Shown piece after piece: positions 1 through 7,686 of a stretch of 20,000 nt of DNA. The number at the start of each line of letters is the position of its first letter. Within the stretch, counting starts at the first letter, position 1. The DNA lies in IMG/VR virus record IMGVR_UViG_3300045999_007835. One strand, 5' to 3'. The notes under the pieces are model-generated. The model was not told where the DNA came from, ran no database searches, and saw only the letters and a program-made list of their open reading frames with translations. Position numbers and translations under genes: made by a program. This DNA is from an uncultured virus (IMG/VR IMGVR_UViG_3300045999_007835) (taxonomy: Duplodnaviria; Heunggongvirae; Uroviricota; Caudoviricetes).

Positions 1-2618
1 TCAAGTGAACTTCTTCCCAATGCCGAATTAAACCTACCTGATGTATTGGCTGCACCGGATGCATCGCCAACAAACACATTAAACCCCGCAGTGGTAGCGT
101 ACCCAGCCGCACGGCCAATGAAGGTGTTGTACTCGCCGGATTGATTGCTATACCCCGCCTGATAACCAACTGCCGTGTTGTTGGAGGCGGTGGTGTTTTG
201 ACCTAGCGAGCCTGCGCCCAAAGCAGTGTTGTAACTGCCTGTGGTGTTAAAATTCAAAGCGGTGTAAGAACCACCAAGTCCACCAACTGCTACATTGGCT
301 GTACCAGTGGTGTTGCTATATGCGGCCGCATAACCAACAGCAGTGTTGTTAGAGGCGGTGGTGTTGAAGTAAAGGGCAAATGTCCCGATTGCTGTGTTGT
401 AGTCTGCCGCCGTCTGGCTCTTCAGTGCCTGATAGCCAAAAGCAGAGTTGTAGACGCCCCCGTTGTCTGTGTAAATGGCTTGGTAGCCCATAGCAGTGTT
501 ACTGCTGCCCGTGGACTTTGTGTACAGAGCCTGATAACCAACAGCAGTGTTGTTAGAGGCGGTGGTGGTGTTGGCAAGTGCGGACATACCCACGGATGTG
601 TTGTAACTACCCGTGGTTGTTTGATAACCGGCATTGTCACCAACTACCGTGTTGTAACTGCCCGTAGTATTGCTGTAAGCGGCTTGATAACCAAGAAATA
701 GATTGCGCGTTCCAGTGCTATTCGTATATCCCGCCTGATAGCCTACAGCGGTGTTGTTAGAGGCGGTGGTGTTGGAGAATAAAGCATCACCACCAAGCGC
801 AGTGTTGTACGCGCCAGTTGTCGTAAAACGCAAAGAGTTGACACCCACTGTGGTGTTGTAGGAACCCGTAGTAACCGCATAACCGGCACGATGCCCAACG
901 CCGACATTCTGTGTCGCGCCATTTGTGGAATACAGGGCCTGATACCCAAGTGCAGTTAGAACAGTGCCCGTAGAGTTCGTATAACCTGCCTGATAACCAA
1001 TAGCAGTAAGTTCAGTGCCTGTGGTGTTTGTGTACGCTGCTTGGTAACCAACAGCGGTGCCGCCAGAGGCGGTGGTGTTGGCGTATAACGACCACATACC
1101 AAGCGCGGTGTTGTAGCTGCCGGTAGTGTTTGCAATAAGCGAAGCAGTGCCGAATGCCGAGTTGTGCTCGCCTGTGGTGTTAGCGAGCAGTGCAACCTGA
1201 CCAACGCCTGTGTTGTACCCTCCGGTGGTGTTAACGTTGAGTGCCCGTTCGCCAACTGCCGTAAGCCCCGATGCTGTCGTAGATGAGGCAAGAGCGGCCC
1301 GTCCAACGGCCACGTTCGCAACGCCTGTAGTGTTAGCGAACATGGCAAGATAGCCAACAGCGGTATTGTCGGAGGCGGTGGTGCTTTGTCCTAATGCGCT
1401 GATGCCGATTGCGGTGTTATAACTTCCTGTTGAATTTTCTTGCAATGCGGCGTACACACCAGCACCACCTGATCCAAACGATGCATTGCGTGTTCCTGTG
1501 GTTGTGTTGCATTGCGAGTTACGACCAAATGAGGAGTTAAATTCTCCGGTCGTATTTAATCGCAATGAACTGTCACCAAAGGCGTCAAGAGTTCCGGTCG
1601 TATTACTGTACCCAGCCTGATAGCCAACAGCGGTATTGTTGGAGGCGGTGGTGTTGGAAAGGAGGGCTTGAGAGCCGATTGCCGTGTTATTCCCTCCGCT
1701 GGAGCCAGAAGCGCCGCTTTGCAACGCAGACCATCCGAGCGAGGTGTTGTTGGTTCCAGTTGTGGTGTAGTAACCCGCTTGGAAACCAACATGCGTGTTA
1801 TTTGCGCCCGTAGACGAATATCCGGCAGTCTGCCCAATAAACGTCCCATAAGCAGCATTTGTTGAGTAACCGGCTTGGTATCCAAGAGCAACCGTGCCGC
1901 CAGAGCCACTGGTGTACGAGTACAAAGACTGATATCCAACAGCGGTGTTGCTAGAGGCGGTGGTGTTGGAGTAGAGAGCCGCTTGCCCAATAGATGTATT
2001 GTTCGATCCAGTAGTCGTTGAATGCCCTGCCTGAGAACCAACTGCGGTGTTATAGAGACCTGTGGTGTTGTTTCTCGCTGCTAGTCTTCCAATTGCTGTT
2101 AACTCGTTTGCGGTTGTATTACTTAGCCCAGCCTCTGATCCGATAACGGTGTTTGCGACTCCTGTCGTATTAGCCGCCAAAGCACTCGCACCCACCGCAG
2201 TGTTGGTGGACACAGCACCGGCTCCACGGCCTACGGTGACTCCGTAGATAGATGCGTCTAACGAGGTTGTGAGCGTTCCGGCAATAGAGACATTTGTAGC
2301 AGTGTCGTAATAGACAGACCTGCCAGCAGGGTATGTACAGAAGACATCCTTAGTCCCGGCTGAGAAGCTGACAAGACTTCCACCGTTAGACGACGCTAGA
2401 ACCGTATCCCGGCTGAGCGTAGTACCCGACGCGGTATACGTACCAATCCCCACCTCCCACTCGTTCACTCCCGGCAGGTTGATGGTGTAGTACGTGGTAT
2501 TCCCATTACCGATAGCTGAGAAGCTCTGAAAACCTGCTACCGCCCCGGCGAGGGTAATAGTCCCGGTCCCAAGAGTTGTGGTCGTTTCTCTAACACGGTC
2601 TTTGACGACTAACGGCAT
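1..2618 (-). CDS. Tail fibre / receptor-binding protein with 17-aa beta-solenoid repeats; partial, 3' end outside the window
   Basis: Manually translated because it is missing from the ORF track. ATG at 2618 follows AGGTG. The N-terminus MPLVVKDRVRETTTTLGTGTITLAGAVAGFQSF...EWEVGIGTY is a typical phage fibre anchor. Dozens of NTTGSxNTAxGYQAL-type repeats follow, with no stop codon through position 1 (872 codons). Confidence 0.88.
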   Translation of the reverse strand, partial: MPLVVKDRVRETTTTLGTGTITLAGAVAGFQSFSAIGNGNTTYYTINLPGVNEWEVGIGTYTASGTTLSRDTVLASSNGGSLVSFSAGTKDVFCTYPAGRSVYYDTATNVSIAGTLTTSLDASIYGVTVGRGAGAVSTNTAVGASALAANTTGVANTVIGSEAGLSNTTANELTAIGRLAARNNTTGLYNTAVGSQAGHSTTTGSNNTSIGQAALYSNTTASSNTAVGYQSLYSYTSGSGGTVALGYQAGYSTNAAYGTFIGQTAGYSSTGANNTHVGFQAGYYTTTGTNNTSLGWSALQSGASGSSGGNNTAIGSQALLSNTTASNNTAVGYQAGYSNTTGTLDAFGDSSLRLNTTGEFNSSFGRNSQCNTTTGTRNASFGSGGAGVYAALQENSTGSYNTAIGISALGQSTTASDNTAVGYLAMFANTTGVANVAVGRAALASSTTASGLTAVGERALNVNTTGGYNTGVGQVALLANTTGEHNSAFGTASLIANTTGSYNTALGMWSLYANTTASGGTAVGYQAAYTNTTGTELTAIGYQAGYTNSTGTVLTALGYQALYSTNGATQNVGVGHRAGYAVTTGSYNTTVGVNSLRFTTTGAYNTALGGDALFSNTTASNNTAVGYQAGYTNSTGTRNLFLGYQAAYSNTTGSYNTVVGDNAGYQTTTGSYNTSVGMSALANTTTASNNTAVGYQALYTKSTGSSNTAMGYQAIYTDNGGVYNSAFGYQALKSQTAADYNTAIGTFALYFNTTASNNTAVGYAAAYSNTTGTANVAVGGLGGSYTALNFNTTGSYNTALGAGSLGQNTTASNNTAVGYQAGYSNQSGEYNTFIGRAAGYATTAGFNVFVGDASGAANTSGRFNSALGRSSL
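160..1970 (-). repeat. Eight dispersed copies of a ~35-nt motif with invariant core CACCACCGCCTC inside the tail-fibre gene
   Basis: Plus-strand gaggcggtggtg starts at 184, 352, 556, 760, 1066, 1372, 1642 and 1954. Spacings are 168, 204, 204, 306, 306, 270 and 312 nt, all multiples of 3. Confidence 0.9.
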
Positions 2619-2625
2619 ACTTCAC

Positions 2626-3135
2626 CTATACGGTAGGAATGATTGTCCAGCCTGTTCCCGGGCTGACCGTAATCTGAATCCAATTTGCATTCTGAGTGTC
2701 ATCTACCGGTTCCCACAAGCCCCGGCGGGTAACCGCGTCAGAGCCGGTTGCAGACTCCGATACCGAAGCCAAGAACGTAACGGTCGTGGTCAAGGAATCA
2801 GCGGCGGTAGAAGACTCTGAGACGGAGACGACGAAGGTAACGGCAGTAGCAACCGAATCCGCGCCTGTCGCGGACTCAGAAATAAAGTTGGGGAAGGAGA
2901 CGAGTGAGGCAACGGAGTCGGCAACGGTGCTGGACTCCGATACGCTAGAGTTGATTTGGAAGGTAGAGGAAACAGTATCAGAACCTGTTGCAGACTCTGA
3001 GACCGACGACAGGAACGTAACAAGACTGCTGACGGAGTCAGCGCCTGTGGCGGACTCAGATATGACGGGGGAGTAAAACGTACCCCCAACCGTTGAGAAC
3101 GGGAGTTCTGCAAAAGACCCGGTTGAAAAGGCCAT
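2626..3135 (-). CDS. Ser/Thr-rich virion protein with six tandem 20-aa repeats
   Basis: 169-aa ORF with repeats of xx(V/I)SES(A/S)TxxD(S/T/A)(V/L); exact 60-nt period; lies among tail genes. Confidence 0.8.
   Translation of the reverse strand: MAFSTGSFAELPFSTVGGTFYSPVISESATGADSVSSLVTFLSSVSESATGSDTVSSTFQINSSVSESSTVADSVASLVSFPNFISESATGADSVATAVTFVVSVSESSTAADSLTTTVTFLASVSESATGSDAVTRRGLWEPVDDTQNANWIQITVSPGTGWTIIPTV
2725..3070 (-). repeat. Tandem 60-nt coding repeat, 6 copies
   Basis: Plus-strand gactc recurs at 2753, 2813, 2873, 2933, 2993 and 3053. Confidence 0.85.
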
Positions 3136-3146
3136 ACCCCACCATG

Positions 3147-3329
3147 TTAAACAGCAATCAGATCGTCTTCCAAGAACCAGCGTTCTTGTTCATTCCCGTC
3201 CACATCAGTCCACTTCAGAAGGCAATACACATTGCCGTCTTCATCCATTCGGAGGGCTAGAACAGGGCCGGAGGGATTAATCTGCCGGACTTTGACTTCA
3301 TCACCCTTCTTGAATTTGGTAGCCATCAC
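3147..3329 (-). CDS. Small SH3/KOW-like protein resembling DUF2158/YodC
   Basis: 60 aa with the pattern KFKKGDEVKV...GP...CxxxW.DxDGxxQERWFxEDDL; ATGA overlap with the upstream gene. Confidence 0.6.
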   Translation of the reverse strand: MMATKFKKGDEVKVRQINPSGPVLALRMDEDGNVYCLLKWTDVDGNEQERWFLEDDLIAV

Positions 3330-3847
3330 GCAGCATCCAGACTGAAGGTGTACGTAACGGTTAGGGTATCGCCGTTCACAACGCTCCTGTCCCCGGGCGA
3401 CTGAAAGTCAGCGGCGGAGAACAAGATTCCAGTATTACCCGGGCTTTTAGCGGCAACCGACGTTAAAAACGCGCCACCAACCGTTACTGAACTCGTAATG
3501 CTATACGTGGCAGGCGAAGCTGAGTTGCTAATAACCGACGGGTCAGCAGTGGTGGCCGTACCAAACACGCATTGCGGGCGATTTGCCCCTGAATAGTCAG
3601 TCACTTCCGTCCAGCCGCCATGAGACGACATCGTGTCACCAGCGGCGGGGTTGTTGGTAGACGAAGCGCCGTACAGCCCGATATACCAAGCGGCAGTGTA
3701 ACCAGCCCCGGTAAAGTACTTGGTGTTCATGTCTTGCAGGCCGCCGTTTACGACAAGGTTCGGTGTCTCCGCCGTCCACTTAATCTGACCTTCCGAGTCC
3801 CGGCATACAACCTTAAACACACCGCCGGCTTTAGAGCGCTCTTCCAT
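3326..3847 (-). CDS. Putative virion structural (tail) protein
   Basis: 173 aa, beta-rich and Ser/Thr/Gly-rich; NLVVNGG, WYIGL and GDTLTVTYTF motifs typical of phage tail proteins; GAGGTG RBS. Confidence 0.7.
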   Translation of the reverse strand: MEERSKAGGVFKVVCRDSEGQIKWTAETPNLVVNGGLQDMNTKYFTGAGYTAAWYIGLYGASSTNNPAAGDTMSSHGGWTEVTDYSGANRPQCVFGTATTADPSVISNSASPATYSITSSVTVGGAFLTSVAAKSPGNTGILFSAADFQSPGDRSVVNGDTLTVTYTFSLDAA

Positions 3848-3855
3848 GTTTCACC

Positions 3856-4272
3856 TCAATTGCTTGAACGGATCAAAGCCGTGGTAGCTGTATCACCCGG
3901 CATTGTGACCGTAAATGTGTTTATGCAGGTTTTGTCAGACCCGAAATCCAGTACCACGATTGACCGATTGGCTTTGCTGGCATTGTAGAGCAGCGCGCAC
4001 CGAGTGGTAAAGGCTGCCGGGACCCAGAGCACGTTGTTGAACGTCACCCATGCAGTGTAGCCACTGCTGTTAATTGTCACCCCGGTTACTACGTTTCCAC
4101 CTGCGCTGTACCCCGTGCCCGTAATCTCATTTTCCGTGGTGTAGACGGTCGTAGACGCATCCAAGTTGGCTTCCGCCGTATACAGCGCGAGCTTCAGCGT
4201 GTCCGTTAGCAGGTTGTGGATAGCCTCATACAACTCCGCCTTAAAGCTGGTGGTCTGGGTCTGGACGATCAT
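3856..4272 (-). CDS. Putative virion structural (tail) protein
   Basis: 138 aa; TSFKAEL...KLALYT...GTGYSAGG...VLDFGSDKT pattern common in aquatic phage tail modules; ATGA overlap with the upstream gene. Confidence 0.7.
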   Translation of the reverse strand: MIVQTQTTSFKAELYEAIHNLLTDTLKLALYTAEANLDASTTVYTTENEITGTGYSAGGNVVTGVTINSSGYTAWVTFNNVLWVPAAFTTRCALLYNASKANRSIVVLDFGSDKTCINTFTVTMPGDTATTALIRSSN

Positions 4273-5198
4273 TTGACCGGGTTCCTTACCTGCCCATCAC
4301 GATAAGCATCCATACGCTGCTTGCCGTCGCCAAGATTCTTGAGAAGCGCCAGTGATTGGCCGTAGAGCTGAGCGTACATATCCATCTGCTCTTTCTCGGC
4401 CTTCATGAACCGAGCAGCTTCAACAACCGTAGCGTTCAAAAGCGCTGAGTCAAAGTTCTCGCCTAGCCAAGTGACACCGCTTGCGTTGGTGACTGCAGAA
4501 ACGGAGATGCTAAAGCCGGAACCTGTCCCGCCGATGCTCGACGCATCGCAAGACAACGTATTCCCCACTGCGTAGAACACGCCGGGGTTTTGAATCGTGA
4601 CCGAGGTCACCGCACCGCCGGAAACAACAATCCGAGCTGTTGCACCAGAGCCAGAACCGCCCGTGAGAGCTACACCGTTATACGTCCCGTTGGTGTACAA
4701 CGAGCCCGCCGTGATGGCCCCCAGCGTATTCAACGCACCCTGAACGATAGACTCAGGGTAGTAGTAATAGTGCAGCTCAACGTAGTACGCCAGATCGGGC
4801 GTAGGGCCTACGATGAACGAGAGTTCCGTCTCCAGATCTGACCTTGGCCCGAAGATCGCGTAGTACTTGGGTACGCCCTTGGAGTTGGGCGGCGGGTACG
4901 CTTCGCGGATGAAGTTCACATCCTTGTTGATCAAGTACGAGTACGTACCGGTGTTGAGAACACCGTTGACAACCCCCGTGATTACGGCAAGAGAGTAGGT
5001 AGACAGGTAGTCCGTCGGCGCAGATAGATACTGATTATCAGTGGTCAACTGCCCATAGACGTTCTTGCGCAGATTGGCAATCTGCACAGAGTTGTAGATG
5101 ATCTGTTCGGCCTGACGGACGAACATCGCCATCTGAGCATCGGTGAAAGTGTTCTCAACGATGTTCGCAACATTGGTTGCCAACTCAGTGTATTGCAT
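4269..5198 (-). CDS. Putative head-tail adaptor / tail tubular protein with an internal Gly/Ser/Thr-rich domain
   Basis: 309 aa; helical N-terminus (FVRQAEQIIY), GVPKYYA and GPTPD...Y.VELHYYY motifs, WLGENF and a helical C-terminus. Confidence 0.65.
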   Translation of the reverse strand: MQYTELATNVANIVENTFTDAQMAMFVRQAEQIIYNSVQIANLRKNVYGQLTTDNQYLSAPTDYLSTYSLAVITGVVNGVLNTGTYSYLINKDVNFIREAYPPPNSKGVPKYYAIFGPRSDLETELSFIVGPTPDLAYYVELHYYYYPESIVQGALNTLGAITAGSLYTNGTYNGVALTGGSGSGATARIVVSGGAVTSVTIQNPGVFYAVGNTLSCDASSIGGTGSGFSISVSAVTNASGVTWLGENFDSALLNATVVEAARFMKAEKEQMDMYAQLYGQSLALLKNLGDGKQRMDAYRDGQVRNPVK

Positions 5199-5201
5199 AG
5201 C

Positions 5202-5354
5202 TTACGCCATCGGCCCACGGGCCATCACGCCCTTAGTTGCAGCACCAGTCCCACGAATCTTGATGCCCGTAGTCTTGACGTTCTTCTCCGGATAGCCCGA
5301 ATTCTTCAGGTCTACCTTGGGAGCCGGCTTCGGCTGATTGGAATCTTTCTTCAT
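5202..5354 (-). CDS. Small basic protein, 50 aa; not in the ORF track
   Basis: Manual translation MKKDSNQPKPAPKVDLKNSGYPEKNVKTTGIKIRGTGAATKGVMARGPMA*; it fills the gap between neighbours with 1-nt and 3-nt spacing. Confidence 0.75.
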   Translation of the reverse strand: MKKDSNQPKPAPKVDLKNSGYPEKNVKTTGIKIRGTGAATKGVMARGPMA

Positions 5355-5355
5355 C

Positions 5356-5532
5356 TCAAGCCCCAGTCATGCGGGTACGCCGCATCGGCTTCTGTTGGTT
5401 TGCAACCTTCGCGAGGTTACGCCCAAGTTGTTTCATCTGAAGATTGGTCTTGCCGCCCTTGGCAAACTTCGTAGGCTTTTTGCCCGGGTGCATGTTGGCT
5501 TCATGCTTATGCACCGCTTTCTTAGCGTCCAT
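5356..5532 (-). CDS. Small basic protein, 58 aa; not in the ORF track
   Basis: AGGAG RBS, then MDAKKAVHKHEANMHPGKKPTKFAKGGKTNLQMKQLGRNLAKVANQQKPMRRTRMTGA*. Confidence 0.8.
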   Translation of the reverse strand: MDAKKAVHKHEANMHPGKKPTKFAKGGKTNLQMKQLGRNLAKVANQQKPMRRTRMTGA

Positions 5533-5540
5533 GTTGACTC

Positions 5541-5930
5541 CTAAGTCGTCACTATCGTTACTGTACCAACAGACGTGACTGCCACCAAGTAATTCGGCGT
5601 CAGCCCCGCATCATTTGCACTTGCTCCGCCTACCGGATTCCAGCCCCACTGAATCTCGCGTGAGCCGCCAGTCAGGTTGCCGTCAGCATTCACGCCGGCG
5701 GTTACGTACGTTGTGTCCCTGCGAGGATTCCGCAAAGCTTGCGGGTCGTCTACAGGATACATACCCAATTGCAACTGGGGGTGATCTGGGTCCCAGCACT
5801 CCCGGCACACTAACACATTGACAGGCTTGGTCTTGACAATCAGTGTGCGAAGGTCGCGCAGGCGGAAGCGCAGGCCACAGCGATCACAGATCGCAATAGC
5901 CTTCTTGCCGCTGGCAAACCGATTACCCAC
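5541..5930 (-). CDS. Phage protein with a CxxC...CxxC zinc-ribbon-like N-terminus
   Basis: 129 aa; CDRC and CREC pairs followed by DPQALRNPR; the GTG start overlaps the upstream TAG by one base. Confidence 0.75.
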   Translation of the reverse strand: MGNRFASGKKAIAICDRCGLRFRLRDLRTLIVKTKPVNVLVCRECWDPDHPQLQLGMYPVDDPQALRNPRRDTTYVTAGVNADGNLTGGSREIQWGWNPVGGASANDAGLTPNYLVAVTSVGTVTIVTT

Positions 5931-6859
5931 TACATCACTCCACCGATGAAGGCCCGGCGCGGCACGAGACGAACTGCAGCTTTCTCACGGTCTTCACCTG
6001 CCGCCAAGTTGAACTGCTCGTCGTACGCCGCTTTCAGCATGTCGAGCCGAGGCATCAGCTCCGGCACTTTCATCGCGATGTAGTACGCAAGCCCCGCCAC
6101 CACGCACGGCAGGAATCGGAAGTTCATGTCTGCAGTTTCAATGCCGTTGCCGGCGTCCTGCACGCGCCTCATGCGCCAGTACACGAACTGATAAGTCTGC
6201 GAGTTGTCCGGCGTGGGCCACACTGTGATGGCCGGCAGGTTGGGGTTGTAGACCGTAGCCCCCGAGGAATGCCCCGCTGCAGTCGTTCCGTTCTGTCCAC
6301 GCACCACACCGCCTAGACTATTACCGTCCAGCCAGCCATAGTAGATGTCTTCGGACCCGAGACGGATGAAACCGGCAGAGGCAAGGTTTGCGGTTGAGGA
6401 GAGTGTGATAGTGGTTGTGGAACTGGTGATGGTCCCGTTGAGCGTAGCGCCCGTGGGCGATACCTGCCCTGACAACCGTTGCACCCAGACCTGAATGGGA
6501 CGCCCCGGAGCTAGCTTGTTCGGGATTGTAGCGTAGGTGGAGACCGAGATGCGGGTGATGTTCAGGTCTGCCTGCGTTGAGGCAGCGTTTTGCCCCGTGC
6601 GAATGACGTGATCGAGCAGGTCGATGGTATCAAGGGGGAGAGCATAGGTGTTCAGCCCGGGCGTCAGGGTCAGCGTACCCTGCTCGATTGTCCACATGTT
6701 GATGCCACGATTTTGCCACTCAATGGTCATCAAGTTCATAGACCGGCGAGCAGTTCGCAGGTCATAGCCAGAACGCATCTCGCGCCCAGCCCGCTCCCAC
6801 GCCTCTTCAGCGATGTCTGTGAACTCTAAGTTGAACGCCGTGGTGCCGGTAGTGGTCAT
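5930..6859 (-). CDS. Putative head completion / adaptor protein with an inserted beta-rich domain
   Basis: 309 aa; EEAWERAG...ARRSMNLM..EWQNRGIN.W, GRP.Q and WPTPD motifs; helical C-terminus LKAAYDEQF.LA..EDRE. Confidence 0.65.
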   Translation of the reverse strand: MTTTGTTAFNLEFTDIAEEAWERAGREMRSGYDLRTARRSMNLMTIEWQNRGINMWTIEQGTLTLTPGLNTYALPLDTIDLLDHVIRTGQNAASTQADLNITRISVSTYATIPNKLAPGRPIQVWVQRLSGQVSPTGATLNGTITSSTTTITLSSTANLASAGFIRLGSEDIYYGWLDGNSLGGVVRGQNGTTAAGHSSGATVYNPNLPAITVWPTPDNSQTYQFVYWRMRRVQDAGNGIETADMNFRFLPCVVAGLAYYIAMKVPELMPRLDMLKAAYDEQFNLAAGEDREKAAVRLVPRRAFIGGVM

Positions 6860-7089
6860 CGAAATCTCGCAGTCTTCTGAGCAATCCCTTTAGGCTGGGC
6901 TACAAACTGCTTGCCCTTAGCTTTCCCGGCTCGCTTGGCCTTCGTAGTCGCTGCGTACTCAGCAGGGCTAAGAGACTTGATCGCTGCCTCTGGCAGATAC
7001 CGCTCCCCCGTTTTAGAGGAGGGCTTTCCGCTTTTGGTCCGCCACTTCTGCGCGGTCCAGTCAGAGAGCGATTTCTGCGGGGCTTTCAA
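6856..7089 (-). CDS. Small basic protein resembling the C-terminal half of DUF5872-like proteins
   Basis: 77 aa; QKSL..WT.QKWRTKSG...GERYLP..AIKSLS..EYAATT..KR...GKQFV; TTG start in a TTGA overlap. Family name is from memory. Confidence 0.7.
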   Translation of the reverse strand: MKAPQKSLSDWTAQKWRTKSGKPSSKTGERYLPEAAIKSLSPAEYAATTKAKRAGKAKGKQFVAQPKGIAQKTARFR

Positions 7090-7373
7090 TCTTTGTACCC
7101 GCCGCCAGCGGCCTTGTACTTCTTTGCCAAGAGCTGGGCTTTACGGGCCGACCACTGGCCTGCACCAGTCCCCTGCGTTGCCTGCCCTTTGATCTGATTG
7201 AACAAGGCTTTACGCATCCCGGGCTTGGTGTAGTTACCCGCTTCATTGACCTTAGACTTAACTTCACCACCCTCAGCGTACTCGTAGAACGCCGTGTCAT
7301 CGCGCCGCTGCTTGCGCTTGGGCCCGGGCATTTTGTTGGGGTTGATCGCCCCCATGCCGCGTGAAGACATCAT
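7086..7373 (-). CDS. Small basic protein resembling the N-terminal half of DUF5872-like proteins
   Basis: 95 aa; GNYTKP.MRK...GQWSARKAQLLAKKYK..GGGY; AGGAG RBS. Family name is from memory. Confidence 0.72.
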   Translation of the reverse strand: MMSSRGMGAINPNKMPGPKRKQRRDDTAFYEYAEGGEVKSKVNEAGNYTKPGMRKALFNQIKGQATQGTGAGQWSARKAQLLAKKYKAAGGGYKD

Positions 7374-7382
7374 GGTGGTCTC

Positions 7383-7685
7383 CTAGATCATCCGACCTTT
7401 AGTCTTGCCCCGCTGAGCACAGCCATCCGCACGCTTGGAGGCGGACCCGACCGATCCACCTTTGGCGTAGCCAGCTTCTTGGTACGCTTCGTACTCGCGC
7501 GCGGCCTCGGGCACGGACTCACGCATCTCTTTTGCGGCCCGGATGTCATCACGCGCAGACTTCGCCATCGTAGGCATGAAGCGAGACATGATGTCTTTCT
7601 CGCCCGCGATACCTTTCTGCATCATCTCGCGAGACCGCGCAAGCTTTGACCGTTCTTTTTCAGTGGGCTTACGGTACGTTGCCAT
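7383..7685 (-). CDS. Small basic hypothetical protein ending in YAKGG...RADGCAQRGKTKG
   Basis: 100-aa ORF tightly packed between neighbours; shares its C-terminal motif with the adjacent gene. Confidence 0.75.
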   Translation of the reverse strand: MATYRKPTEKERSKLARSREMMQKGIAGEKDIMSRFMPTMAKSARDDIRAAKEMRESVPEAAREYEAYQEAGYAKGGSVGSASKRADGCAQRGKTKGRMI

Positions 7686-7686
7686 G

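Noticed and set aside
184..1965. CRISPR array or diversity-generating retroelement interpretation of the anchor repeats
   Set aside because: Spacers are 170-310 nt and coding, the repeats are degenerate outside 12 nt, and no cas gene, reverse transcriptase or adenine-specific template/variable pair is seen.
184..1965. Anchor as an E. coli Chi site
   Set aside because: GGCGGTGG resembles but does not match GCTGGTGG, and the host and its Chi sequence are unknown, so it cannot be supported.
422..2247. Short ORFs in the track, several containing TPPPPL
   Set aside because: They are alternative-frame or antisense readings of the tail-fibre gene; TPPPP is the anchor repeat read out of frame.
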